Positions 20,643 through 30,590 of a stretch of 64,000 nucleotides of DNA are shown here, piece by piece. The notes under the pieces were generated by a model. It did not search any database, was not told the origin of the DNA, and worked only from the letters and a program-made list of their open reading frames with translations. The stretch spans positions 4,717,506-4,781,505 of the forward strand of contig OX638351.1 in assembly GCA_951813565.1 (NCBI GenBank). Direction: 5' to 3'. Numbering within the stretch: the first letter of the stretch is position 1; every line of letters begins with the position of its first letter. The position numbers and the translations under genes were made by a program. Source of the stretch: an uncultured Poribacteria bacterium (GTDB lineage: Bacteria > Poribacteria > WGA-4E > WGA-3G).

Positions 20643-21002
20643 ATGCAAGACGAACAGCGGACAGATATACAAGACGAAGAGCAGACAGATATACAAGACG
20701 AACAAGGCACAGAGGAAAGAAAAATAATCCCTCCAGAAAATAAAGCTATCCGATTTGTTATTTTGGGTATCCCTTATTCTATTAAGCCGACAGATGAATT
20801 AACCGGTGAGGACATCGACGTTTTGGTTAGTTATGTTAAGCAGCGGATAGAACGTTATATGCAAAAAGGTTACGATCAGACACGAATTCCGATTCTTGTA
20901 GCTTTTGATATAGCGAATGAGTTGCGGGAGTTGCAGAAGTTCTACGAATTACCGATTAACCGTGCTATTGACAAACTTAAGTTTGTCTTGGAACCGGAGT
21001 AG
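20643..21002 (+). CDS. zapA: cell division protein ZapA-like, with N-terminal acidic tandem repeat
   Basis: 119 aa; core IRFVILGIPYSIKPTDE...IPILVAFDIANELREL matches the ZapA fold pattern. N-terminus QDEQRTDI/QDEEQTDI/QDEQGTEE is encoded by 2.5 copies of a 24-bp tandem repeat (20646-20717). Confidence 0.7.
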   Translation: MQDEQRTDIQDEEQTDIQDEQGTEERKIIPPENKAIRFVILGIPYSIKPTDELTGEDIDVLVSYVKQRIERYMQKGYDQTRIPILVAFDIANELRELQKFYELPINRAIDKLKFVLEPE

Positions 21003-21718
21003 ATTTATTTTTTACAAAAACATTAGCAGGACGGCTGCACAAAATATCGGGAATAAAATGATGTAATATATTTGCTTCAACCAAGGTAGTTTTGGTGCTG
21101 TTTAATCCATACATTCCCTCATGAATTGACTCACAAATTCAACGCGCTGATGAATAGAAAGGAGTGTGTTGAAAAGTTCAAATAATTTCCGAACAGTAGC
21201 GGAATGTTGTTGAATAACGCCAATCCTCCAGTGCTGATATAAACGTTTCCTGTTTGTTGGTCAAGGAAACAGCATAAGGTTGGTTTGGTGTTCAAACCGT
21301 CGAGATACATAACGAAACTCAAAAATTAGATAAAGAAGAAAGAATAATACCAATTCTAAAATACAATGTCCCATTTAACATACTGCAATTTAATGGAATA
21401 TCTATGTAAGAGGCGCAATAAATTGCGCGACTACGAACAGATAATTTGAAAATGAGAAGTTATTTTTAGAAATGGTATAACATTGAACCGATTGAAGAAA
21501 GAATCGGAAAATTTTCATCTTTCGTAGCACGTGAAACCCAGATCTTAGATTTGGGATATAAGTGTTTTTCCCTACTTTAGCCCCGCATCGTCCTATCGAA
21601 AACTATCGTATATCAATTTTTATTGAATTAAACGCGAAATTGTGGTAAACTATTATGACACATATAATGTGGAATCAATATTTACTCAGTTTACGCATCA
21701 ATTTTTGGGAGGAATTCC

Positions 21719-22594
21719 ATGAAAACCAGAGGAACACTTTTTGTTGCTGCTCTTTTGGTCATAAGTATTGCCGTTATTGGTTGCGGCAAGTTAGACCAAG
21801 AAGAGTTTGAAATGTGGAAAAACGAACATGTCACGCAGGTCGACCAATCTACTACAGAAATAAAAGCACAGGTTACGAAACTTGAAGGTAAGGTTGACCA
21901 AAATAATAAGGATACAATGGAGGCAATCTCTAAGGCAAAGGACGAAGCTATTGCCGTTTCACAGCAAGGGGATGCTGACACTATCGCTGTTGGAGAGCAA
22001 AAAGCCAAAGAAAATGACGCTAAACTTCGTGCAGCCTTGTCAAAAGATATTGAGATGCAAGGTAAAAAATCGATGGATTTTGCCAAAGCTGAAGATGCTA
22101 AGGTCCAAAAACGAGTTATGGATCTTGCCAATAGTCTGAATGCACAGGGCATGGATTTGAAGAAAGTCATGTCTCAAATTGCTGCTATGTTAGAAGATAT
22201 TGCCGAGCTTAAAGCGGATGCAGCATCAAAACCGACGCTTTTAGTTACCGTCAATTTCGGCAGTGGACAGACAGGTTTGTCCAGCAAGGCGAAAGAGATG
22301 CTTGATGGCATCGTTGGTCAGATTATGGAAAACCCGGAAGCTGAAATACTTGTCTCGGGACATGCAGATGGCACACCGGTATTACGGGGCGGTCATCGAA
22401 GCAATTGGGATCTGTCTCAAGCGCGAGCAAATTCTGTCGTTAAGTATCTAAAAGGCAAAGGCATTGACGCTGCAAGGATCAAGTCTGTTGGAAAAGCACA
22501 TACTGATCCGGTAGCGCCGCAGAACACCTCTGCTGGTAGAGCGATGAATCGGCGGGTAGAAGTAATTCTTAACCCTTCTGGCTCTATGATGTAA
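21719..22594 (+). CDS. OmpA-family lipoprotein with coiled-coil region
   Basis: 291 aa; lipoprotein signal with lipobox (ISIAVIGC-GK); C-terminal OmpA domain (SGHADGTP...RANSVVKYL...NRRVEV). Confidence 0.85.
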   Translation: MKTRGTLFVAALLVISIAVIGCGKLDQEEFEMWKNEHVTQVDQSTTEIKAQVTKLEGKVDQNNKDTMEAISKAKDEAIAVSQQGDADTIAVGEQKAKENDAKLRAALSKDIEMQGKKSMDFAKAEDAKVQKRVMDLANSLNAQGMDLKKVMSQIAAMLEDIAELKADAASKPTLLVTVNFGSGQTGLSSKAKEMLDGIVGQIMENPEAEILVSGHADGTPVLRGGHRSNWDLSQARANSVVKYLKGKGIDAARIKSVGKAHTDPVAPQNTSAGRAMNRRVEVILNPSGSMM

Positions 22595-22640
22595 TTTTTT
22601 ATTCTTCGTATTCGCCCTCGATTTTCCATCCAGTGTCGTT

Positions 22641-22677
22641 AGGATGTCCTAATTTTGGGCATCCTACTCTTTTTTTA
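22641..22677 (+). terminator. Rho-independent terminator downstream of the OmpA-family gene
   Basis: Hairpin AGGATGTCCTAATTTTGGGCATCCT followed by ACTCTTTTTTT. Confidence 0.7.
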
Positions 22678-22764
22678 CGCTTTTGTACTTGTTTGTCTAT
22701 GTTTATCTATTTTGCTGAAAATTTAGATATTACCTCACCTTTTATAGCGTGGATGTCTTGAATA

Positions 22765-23481
22765 ATGCGTTATCTCGCCATAATCCTATTTTCCGTTTTC
22801 ATTATCTCAGGCATTTCACCTGCTGAGCCTTCCGTTGAGCAGGCATCACGACCACCTTCTATTTTAAACAGTTTTTTCAAACAACACCTACAAACTTCAT
22901 CACTGCAGTTTTCCGTCTTTTCTTACAAACCAGAATTAGGCGACCTGACTAATATTCTACAAAGTGTTGGAATACCCAAAACTCCGGTTGCTATGATGCC
23001 GACACTTTCAATTGTTCTACAGCACATGCCTGAATTGGACTCTCGGTTGGAAATTGGCTATTGGCGAACGCAACTTGACACTCCACCGCCTACTGCAACG
23101 TCCCTCACAGCCACGCTTATGCCTATCTCCTATCAGTTAATCTATCGTCCGGTACTTTTATACCGATATCTCCCAATTTATTTTGGTGGCGGTATCGGTT
23201 TTTTGAGGGCCAATTTTGATGGTAACATAGTTGATGTGCTTGCAGAACAAGGCATCTCACTTAATAATAGTGCTTCGGCGACAACAGGTTACGTTATTGC
23301 CGGTATTGAGTTGTTTCAATGGGAGTCGCAACCCGGCGCTCGTGCATCTATAGGAAATAACGCATCAATCAATTTTGAGTTAAAACGAATCCTCAAAACC
23401 ATTGAAACTACCGGCGATCAACCGTTTAATATTATTTTAGACGGAACTGCGATTGGAGTCGGAGTTAGAACGCAGTTTTAA
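22765..23481 (+). CDS. putative outer-membrane beta-barrel protein (hypothetical)
   Basis: 238 aa; signal peptide; alternating hydrophobic beta-strand pattern; C-terminal ...GVGVRTQF ending in Phe. Confidence 0.45.
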   Translation: MRYLAIILFSVFIISGISPAEPSVEQASRPPSILNSFFKQHLQTSSLQFSVFSYKPELGDLTNILQSVGIPKTPVAMMPTLSIVLQHMPELDSRLEIGYWRTQLDTPPPTATSLTATLMPISYQLIYRPVLLYRYLPIYFGGGIGFLRANFDGNIVDVLAEQGISLNNSASATTGYVIAGIELFQWESQPGARASIGNNASINFELKRILKTIETTGDQPFNIILDGTAIGVGVRTQF

Positions 23482-23484
23482 TCG

Positions 23485-24888
23485 TTGTTTCGGATGTTCC
23501 TGAAACCAGCAAAACACATCCTTCCGTTTCTAATCTGCATCGTGTTCGGGGTGATCCTCGGACGCCATTCAGAAACACCGCTTGCTGTTCTCTGCCTATT
23601 AGTTGCAACAGGATTATTTGTATTCTTCGGAATGGAATTAGCGGTGTATGTCCTGTTAATCTGCTTGCCTTTTTCCTTCCGTTATATTATTCCGCAACTC
23701 CTTGAAATTCAGACTCCAACCGAACCGCTGTTAGGCATGCTCAGTGCCGTTTATTTGTTAAAAAAGATTGTGGATTACGCGCTGGGAAAGCGGCAGCGCA
23801 CTCCTACCTTCCCATTTCTACTACCACTCTGTTCTTTTATATTCGTTACGTTCCTATCCGCGATCAATACCCCTGACCTATTTGGCACTCTAAAAGGTGC
23901 TTTTCGTGCTTCTACCTACATAATGTTCAGTTTGGTTGTGTATGATATAATCCAACATCGTCAGCGTTTGAATCGGTTATTTATAGCCTCCTTTCCGAGT
24001 GCAGCAATTGCTGTTATCTGGACGGTTATTGTGCTTCTGTATAATATTGATCAATGGCAGTGGACAAGTGCTTATCAGAGTTCCCCATTCACAAATTACT
24101 CAGTCTACGGTTCATTCACGGCGATCTTTTTCTTAATCTGTCTGAGTCGCTTGTTATTTGATAACCAACAATATGACCGTGTCATGTGGGTAGGGTGGTT
24201 TGTCTGTTTCGGATTGGGTCTAATTATGTGTTTTTCGAGGGGGGTATGGCTCTCTGTTATCGTTGCAGTTGGATTTATGTTAATACAATTGGGCAGAGGT
24301 GTTACGCACAAAAAGATTCTGTTTATTGGCGCTGCATGTCTTGTTTTATTAGTATGTTTAAGTCTGCCGGGGGTTTATAACTCGGTTATGGAACGAGTCT
24401 CATCAACAGTAGATTTAGACTATGCCTCCAACCGAGCACGTCTCTTGCGATGGGGACAAGCCATTACAATGTTCCTTGATAGCCCTATTTTGGGAAAAGG
24501 GTACGGCGCATTTGCCATGCTTTACGAGGAAGATGTTGCGCTTGTGGGTAGTTATGTAGCACAGTTTCAGTTGGGAGCACACAGTGAATACCTTCAGGTA
24601 ATGGCAGAATTAGGAATTGTCGGTTTAGGTGTGTGGATATGGCTGAATTTTGCTTTCTTACGCTACGGCTTCCGTGCCCTTACACGAATTGAGGATGGTT
24701 TTTACCGATCTGTTGTCATTGGATTGATGGCAGCTGAAATTTCGTTGATGGTGCATTTCATAGTAAATAACCTGCTGAACGGTGATGCTATCGGGGTGCC
24801 ATTTTGGGGCATTTACGGTTTGTTGCCGGCTGTTGTGCAAATAGCGGAACGGGTAAAGGAAAGTACACTACGAGAAAACGAAAATTGA
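23485..24888 (+). CDS. O-antigen ligase / Wzy-like polymerase family membrane protein
   Basis: 467 aa polytopic; Wzy_C-like segment (FSRGVWLSVIVAVGFMLIQ) followed by a periplasmic loop and further TM helices. Confidence 0.6.
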   Translation: MFRMFLKPAKHILPFLICIVFGVILGRHSETPLAVLCLLVATGLFVFFGMELAVYVLLICLPFSFRYIIPQLLEIQTPTEPLLGMLSAVYLLKKIVDYALGKRQRTPTFPFLLPLCSFIFVTFLSAINTPDLFGTLKGAFRASTYIMFSLVVYDIIQHRQRLNRLFIASFPSAAIAVIWTVIVLLYNIDQWQWTSAYQSSPFTNYSVYGSFTAIFFLICLSRLLFDNQQYDRVMWVGWFVCFGLGLIMCFSRGVWLSVIVAVGFMLIQLGRGVTHKKILFIGAACLVLLVCLSLPGVYNSVMERVSSTVDLDYASNRARLLRWGQAITMFLDSPILGKGYGAFAMLYEEDVALVGSYVAQFQLGAHSEYLQVMAELGIVGLGVWIWLNFAFLRYGFRALTRIEDGFYRSVVIGLMAAEISLMVHFIVNNLLNGDAIGVPFWGIYGLLPAVVQIAERVKESTLRENEN

Positions 24889-24949
24889 GTATAATCTATG
24901 AAGTCATATTGAGTAAAACCTATAAATATAGTAAAATAAAGGTATATAA

Positions 24950-25872
24950 GTTAATAATGTAAGTCCTATTTTTTTGAGAGGTTCTCTTATGGCTGACACA
25001 ACTGAAAAACAACTGAATTCCAATTGTCTTCCGAAACAGGTTTCGCTTAGGGATTTTAACCGGTATATTAAACCCTTTTTGTCTAAAAGGCATAAAGGAC
25101 CGAAACCTAAAATATCTTCGTATAAGATATTTAATTATATCCTTTATGTTTTGCATACTGGCATTCAATGGGAGCGGCTCCGCACCCGGCGGAATGAACT
25201 CCATTGGTCTAATGTCTATAAATGGCATAATAGATGGTCAAAAGATGGTTCTTATCAAAAACTTTTTGAAGCATCAGTGATACATCTGCTTGATACCGAT
25301 CAACTTGACACCTCTCAACTTCATGGAGATGGGTCAAATACCGTCGTAAAAAAAGGGGCGATGGCATCGGTTATTCGGGACACAAACATCAGAAAGGTGA
25401 AAAAGAGTTGACCATCACCGACAATCACGGGTTCATCGTTAGTCCGATAACCACCAAACCGGTTAACCAACATGAGACAACGATTTTGCCCGAGGCATTG
25501 ACTGAATTCATCTCCTTCAGCAATCGCATTGGACTGGAACTTGAGAGTTCCGCTCTAACGCTGGATTCTGGTTTTGATTCCAAGGTGAATCACAAGATTA
25601 TCAAAGAACAAGGTCTGATCCCAGTGATCTATCCGAACAAACGGAATACTAAAGAACCTATCGTTATTGCTCGCAAGTTCCGTTGGTTTAAGAAAGATAT
25701 CTACAAAGAGAGATTTAAAGTAGAACGCACATTCGGTTGGCAAGGGACTTATCGGAAACTCGCCCTTAGCTACGATAAACTTAAAGAAACCCGTTTAGGT
25801 TTTCGCTATTTAGCATATTCAATGATAAACTTTCGAGTGACTTTCAACGATTCTTAGCGCGTACTCGCTATG
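24950..25872 (+). mobile_element. IS5-family (IS427 group) insertion sequence; boundaries approximate
   Basis: ~900-bp unit carrying orfA/orfB transposase. Both flanks carry pieces of the same 170-bp genomic repeat (24912-24943 and 25878-26040). Exact IRs not resolved by eye. Confidence 0.6.
24974..25857 (+). CDS. IS5/IS427-group transposase OrfAB with programmed -1 ribosomal frameshift
   Basis: orfA (24974-25411) has YKIFNYILYVLHTGIQWERL. orfB (25408-25857) is in the -1 frame with a DDE domain. The slippery heptamer A AAA AAA G at 25348-25355 gives the fused junction ...VVKKRGDGIGYSGHKHQKGEKELTITDNHG, a typical IS5 family junction. Confidence 0.85.
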
Positions 25873-25877
25873 AGTTC

Positions 25878-26040
25878 TATAGTAAAACCTATAATTAATG
25901 GGATACTTCTGTAGCGCAAACTTTTAGTTTGCGTCTCATAAGGCACAAACTAAAAGTTTGTGCTACAGCTTCTATTGTCCATTATCTTTCCAAGATAAGT
26001 TTATCAAAGTGTCCCAATAATTTCAAAGTTCACTATAAAT
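25878..26040. repeat. ~165-bp interspersed repeat with 24-bp internal stem-loop; second copy at 53408-53843
   Basis: Near-identical to 53408-53454 plus 53733-53843. Contains hairpin TGTAGCGCAAACTTTTAGTTTGCG...CACAAACTAAAAGTTTGTGCTACA. Confidence 0.8.
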
Positions 26041-26347
26041 GGGATTAGTAGTTTATGACTTGTTAAACGCGTTGTGCCAGTTAACATTTGGTATATTTAT
26101 ATTTCACATGTTCCTTTTGTTTGGGTTTGCATTCCGCAACTTTTCCGATAGCTGCTGTCCTCAAGGTAGGAGGGAACTCCGATTCCCGACTGCAAACGTG
26201 TCGCGATTCGGAGATCGCTCCCGCCAAATGCCAAAAGCGTATTTGGCGTTGATTCCAAAATATGAACAATTGTGAAAAATAACAAAACTTTCACTTAACT
26301 GGCACAAGTCGTTTGTTAAATAAAAGTGCTGAAGTCAAATTTGTTTT

Positions 26348-26460
26348 ATAGTAAAATCCACAATTACCTGGACATTGGCGAGGTTAGGATACCTCGCCAG
26401 CGCAAGCGTGTGGAGATTGTTGTTGATTGAAATGTGAACATATTTTCGGATTTTACAATA
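26348..26460. repeat. ~115-bp MITE-like repeat containing the TGGCGAGGTTAGGAAACCTCGCCAGC hairpin
   Basis: ~93% identical to 48618-48733; hairpin core also at 8494-8520. Confidence 0.8.
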
Positions 26461-26492
26461 ACTTCAGAACTTTTTAGGTTTTGATACGGCAA

Positions 26493-27326
26493 TTAGTCGG
26501 TATTAATCGTTTCGTTTTTATTAACCTCGTTTTTATACGATGCCTCAATATCCCTGCTGACCTTTTCAAAATCTATGCTCGGATCTCTACGTGCCTCTTC
26601 CAGTATAAACTTTTCAAATTCAGCAGATCGTTTCGGGTCAAACTTTCTTAGGTTTCTGAATGCGTCCGCATGATTAGAATTACCCTCAAAAAATCTTTGC
26701 ACATCTAAAAATCTTGAATCTTCCTGTGTAGGCTCATAATATCTTTGCAATGTTTCCAAATCATTATTCACAATTGCATTCAGAATTTCCATAGACTTTT
26801 TAGTCGCGGGGTGAGGAAATATCGCATACACAGCTTTTGCGAACTCTGCCTTATACTCCACATTACCAGGATTTGAAACAACCTTTAACCACGTCTCCAT
26901 ATAGTTTTCAACTTCGGTTGTTTCTCCATATTGTTTCACCATTTCATTTCTAAGTGCATCATAAGACGCTGGGTCGGTTATATCCACCTGATTTGTCTCA
27001 ATTTCATCTCCTGGCAGGTCATCTGTGAATTCAAAATCTTTCCGTGGATCGCTAAATTGTTTGGCTAATTCCTCAAGTGTGGGTTCTTTCAGCCAATCTT
27101 GTTTTTCTGTATTCGATTTTTCTTGCGTAGTGTCAGCCAATTTTTCTTGTTGTGCAGTTTTATCGGGTAACTGATTATTGGGTTTATCGGTTTTCGCGGT
27201 TTCTTTTGAAACCTGTGCATTATCTGAAACAGTTTCAGGTTTAGGACTGGGTGACACAAGATAAATTATAAGACAAGCCGCAATAACAAGGCATATCATA
27301 CCTATCAGTAGTGTATTTCCTTTCAT
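26493..27326 (-). CDS. hypothetical membrane-anchored/secreted protein
   Basis: Start placed at internal Met (MKGNTLLIGMICLVIAACLIIYLV) preceded by a GGAGA SD. The ORF-track start at 27398 lacks an SD. No recognisable domains. Confidence 0.55.
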   Translation of the reverse strand: MKGNTLLIGMICLVIAACLIIYLVSPSPKPETVSDNAQVSKETAKTDKPNNQLPDKTAQQEKLADTTQEKSNTEKQDWLKEPTLEELAKQFSDPRKDFEFTDDLPGDEIETNQVDITDPASYDALRNEMVKQYGETTEVENYMETWLKVVSNPGNVEYKAEFAKAVYAIFPHPATKKSMEILNAIVNNDLETLQRYYEPTQEDSRFLDVQRFFEGNSNHADAFRNLRKFDPKRSAEFEKFILEEARRDPSIDFEKVSRDIEASYKNEVNKNETINTD

Positions 27327-28000
27327 TTTCTCAAATCTCCGTTTGTTTATGTGTCTGTTATTACACACCAGACGCATAAATTTGTTGCATCTATTCAAAA
27401 GCTGGATTACATTGTGAGCAGCTTAAAACCCATTCATGCACAGGGTCATGATACACATATACCCATTTAGCACGGTGAGGGTGTTTACCGAACTTTCTGT
27501 GCCACCACCCTTCAACATCTGTTCTCCTAGAGATAGGCTCCAGTGTATGCATACGATATTAGTTTCAAGCTCACTGCATTTATACCAGCCCCAGTCTATT
27601 ATAATCTTGGTAGGTCCCGCATCAGCATTATGCGCGATGAAAAAACAAAACCTACAGACACAAATAGAACTAATGCCATAAATGCGATGGCAGATTGATT
27701 TGACTTCCCTGCAACAACAAGTTAAGCTAATGAAATTCGTGAAACAAATTTATTCCCTCCTGCCTTGCCCAATGCGTAGGCAGGATAGGAATGCTGCGGT
27801 TACGACTTACACAAAATACTTGAAATGGACACTCCAAATTAGTGTAAATCGCTCCTTATACCAAATTAACAAGATTTATCTTGTTTTATTGGAGTCAGGT
27901 GCGGTTAGGAAACCGCATCTACCAGGGAGTGTGCACATATTTTTGGATTTAACTATAATTATACTTGCACGCTAATGTACTGAAGGGTTAGGTGGCAAAA

Positions 28001-29617
28001 CTACTTTTGGTCGTCTTCTGATGGTGGTTGTGGTGCATTAGTTGGAGGTTGACGACCATCTTTCGGAACAAAACGCCCATTTTTTGACGAAGGGACAGGT
28101 CGTTTACCGAAGATGTTTTCAAGCTGTTTGGCAAGTTCGGCGTCCTTCTCAGCAAGTCTGCGGAATCCTTCCTCGGGACCATATTCTTGTAAGAGTTTCT
28201 CGGCATTTTCAAAACGTGCTGGGCTAAACTGTTCTTGGATTGTTTTTTCAATGCTTTCATCCGTAAAGATTCCCGGTAGTGAAGACATAAACCTTTTCTG
28301 GAATTCTGTCTCTAATTCAGCATCACTCATGTTTGCCAATCTTTCAAAATCCCGGAGTGCTCTATCAAAATCTTCCCATTCAGCCTCGGCTGCTGCCCGT
28401 TCTGCTTCTACCGCCTCTCGTGCCAATGTCGCGCGGTCTGGTGGCAAGGGGCCTTCAATAGTATCGGGTTGTTGTGTCCATGTGCCTTTCCATCCACGTG
28501 AGCGGAGGTCTTCTTCAAAACCTTCTGGGAGTGTTACGCCCTCTGGCGGCATCCAATCTTTCGGTGGGAGTTCCCAGCTACGTACCATCTCGCGGGTAAC
28601 ATGTGGAGGCTTTTCAGAAAGTACGTTGTAATCCTCATCAAGATAGATGACTTCCCACCCTTCAGGGTGTTCGCCTCGATAGATGAGATCAAACCGTTGT
28701 TTTGTTGTCATCATCTCTCCCCACATGTCCACGCCGGGGATGCCATCCTCGAAACTTCTGTGCACGTACAAGCGGTTCCGCTTTCCTGGAAGAAACACAT
28801 CCGGGGCATCATCAAAAAATAACCCGCCACTTACATCAGGGTCCGCTGCCTCGGCATTATCTACCTGTTGACTTTCCCAGACCTTCCGCTCAATATACGC
28901 ACGCTTATAATCCTCAAAATTGTCTTGTGGTAGCACTCCCCGTCGCCCTGATGCCCACTCCTCGGGGTTGTCTTCCGCACGCACGAGGTGGTAGCGTATA
29001 TCCATCATACGCGGATAATGCGCTTCTGTTGTGATAGTAACACCCATATCCAGGAGTTCTTGTATCCATTCGGCGCGTGGATATTTTGCCTCCACGGTGG
29101 CATCACTCGGATAGAACCGGTTATACCATGTATCGTACGTCTCCATGATCGCCTCGGGTGTCTGTGGTCCTTTATGAGGTAGCGAACCTTTTCTGGTAGT
29201 CCACGGTCCATGCTTTATTTTTGACGGATCTGGAGGACCTCCAAGGTTATGCGGCATAATCCTTTCAGCAAGTGCCATCGTCTGTAAGTATAGTTGTTTA
29301 CGGATTGAGGCTATTTGTGCTTCGCTAACAGGTTTAAATTCAGTCTCTGTCAAATAATCTTTTAAGAGAAATTCAGTTTCTCTCTCAATCCACTTTTCCC
29401 ATCGGGAATCAAATTTCCCTTGAACTACCAGTTCTTTTTTGTCAACTTGTAATGTGCTTTCACTATCTTCACTGTAGTGCTCAGATTCGTTTACACGGTC
29501 AACAATATTTATACGATCAGACACTATTTCTCTATTAGTGCCTTTAAAGATAAACAGAACAACGATAATTAACAAAATTAAGAACGGAATTGAGACGTAT
29601 AATTTTTTAAGTGTCAT
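28001..29617 (-). CDS. hypothetical N-terminally membrane-anchored protein (538 aa)
   Basis: Single N-terminal TM (LYVSIPFLILLIIVVLFIF), large soluble domain with an acidic Ala/Glu-rich coiled segment. No recognisable family. Confidence 0.55.
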   Translation of the reverse strand: MTLKKLYVSIPFLILLIIVVLFIFKGTNREIVSDRINIVDRVNESEHYSEDSESTLQVDKKELVVQGKFDSRWEKWIERETEFLLKDYLTETEFKPVSEAQIASIRKQLYLQTMALAERIMPHNLGGPPDPSKIKHGPWTTRKGSLPHKGPQTPEAIMETYDTWYNRFYPSDATVEAKYPRAEWIQELLDMGVTITTEAHYPRMMDIRYHLVRAEDNPEEWASGRRGVLPQDNFEDYKRAYIERKVWESQQVDNAEAADPDVSGGLFFDDAPDVFLPGKRNRLYVHRSFEDGIPGVDMWGEMMTTKQRFDLIYRGEHPEGWEVIYLDEDYNVLSEKPPHVTREMVRSWELPPKDWMPPEGVTLPEGFEEDLRSRGWKGTWTQQPDTIEGPLPPDRATLAREAVEAERAAAEAEWEDFDRALRDFERLANMSDAELETEFQKRFMSSLPGIFTDESIEKTIQEQFSPARFENAEKLLQEYGPEEGFRRLAEKDAELAKQLENIFGKRPVPSSKNGRFVPKDGRQPPTNAPQPPSEDDQK

Positions 29618-29703
29618 TGTATATATCCTTGTATTTGAAAACGGAACGTGATATGTGAACTGCGTGGCAGTTTAGAACTTACCACGCAGTAATAGCACCT
29701 TGC

Positions 29704-30264
29704 TTACTGAGTATACCGATAACTTGCAGAATCAGTAAAAGATGACCAAGGCCCGAAGTTGCCGCAAACACCAGAGTCTTTTGCGTCATACATGCCGCCG
29801 CCCTTGTATTTACTTCTACCCTGTGTATCTGGTGTTCTCGTTTTCACTGTAGTCTCTTTGGTTGTAATTGTGCCATCTTCGTTTGTTATTTCTATCTCAA
29901 AAGTTTCTACTGTAACTGTAAGTTTTGCGTAAATTGCGCCTGCGTCAGTATCTGGTGATGCATCATTGCCGCTATAGATTGTAACATACGCAGAAGCTTC
30001 ACCACTTAAGTTCACTGGAATTCCACTTTCTGTGGCTGCTTCCATAATTGAAGCAGCATTGACAATACCGGGTGATGCCGAGGCGTTTGCCCCAGATTCA
30101 GTTGCATCAGCGGAAACGCTAAAACTCCAACCTTCGTCGTAGTTTGTATCAGAAAAAGAACCAATTGATATGTTGCCATCTTGACCATGTGTTTGCAAAA
30201 TAACGCCGCCAATGGCAAAAAGCGTGGTAAGGAACAGCGTGATTACAACAACTTTCTTATTCAT
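29704..30264 (-). CDS. hypothetical secreted protein (186 aa)
   Basis: Signal peptide MNKKVVVITLFLTTLFAIGGVIL; AAGGAG SD 9 nt upstream; Ser/Thr/Gly-rich. Confidence 0.6.
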   Translation of the reverse strand: MNKKVVVITLFLTTLFAIGGVILQTHGQDGNISIGSFSDTNYDEGWSFSVSADATESGANASASPGIVNAASIMEAATESGIPVNLSGEASAYVTIYSGNDASPDTDAGAIYAKLTVTVETFEIEITNEDGTITTKETTVKTRTPDTQGRSKYKGGGMYDAKDSGVCGNFGPWSSFTDSASYRYTQ

Positions 30265-30463
30265 CTGAAAATCTCCTTTAATTTTGACTTCCTTGCAATA
30301 GCAAGTGAACTATAGTAAATGGAGAAATCTAACCTGCAAACACCCATTGCTACAATCTGATGGTAGTGCAAGTTAGTATATATTCTCCTATTGTATTCGT
30401 CAAACAAAATTAATCTCCTCCTGCCTCCTACAGGCGGAGGCAGGAATGCTACAGTGTAAACAT

Positions 30464-30590
30464 AAAAAGCCCGCGACGAGATGTTCTGTCCGAAACAAAA
30501 CGCGCAGGCGCGAAAATATCGCAGATTTTAAATCCTGCGATACGACCTTGTGATATCCAATAATTAACGATTGTGAAATGGGGGGGGTAA
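30464..30590 (-). promoter_or_regulatory. conserved upstream cassette with palindrome and poly-G(8) tract; paralogous copy at 50810-50947 with poly-G(19)
   Basis: Shared core AAAATATCGCAG(A/C)(T/A)T(T/A)TAAATCCTGC(G/A)ATA(C/A)GACCTTGTGATAT, ...ATTAACGA..., and a G-run (30580-30587 vs 50929-50947). Both copies lie 160-330 bp upstream of minus-strand secreted-protein genes. Confidence 0.6.

Noticed and set aside
26039-26294. Small ORFs 26039-26275(+), 26081-26269(-) and 26097-26294(-) downstream of the IS5 element
   Set aside because: They are mutually overlapping. The segment 26170-26225 is an inverted copy of a repeat also found at 48760-48830, so the region is non-coding repeat DNA.
30580-30587. 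Poly-G tracts (G8 at 30580-30587, G19 at 50929-50947) as a simple assembly artefact
   Set aside because: Not fully rejected. Homopolymer length can be mis-assembled. But the tracts sit at the same position of a conserved element at two loci, which argues for a real feature. The length needs read-level confirmation.
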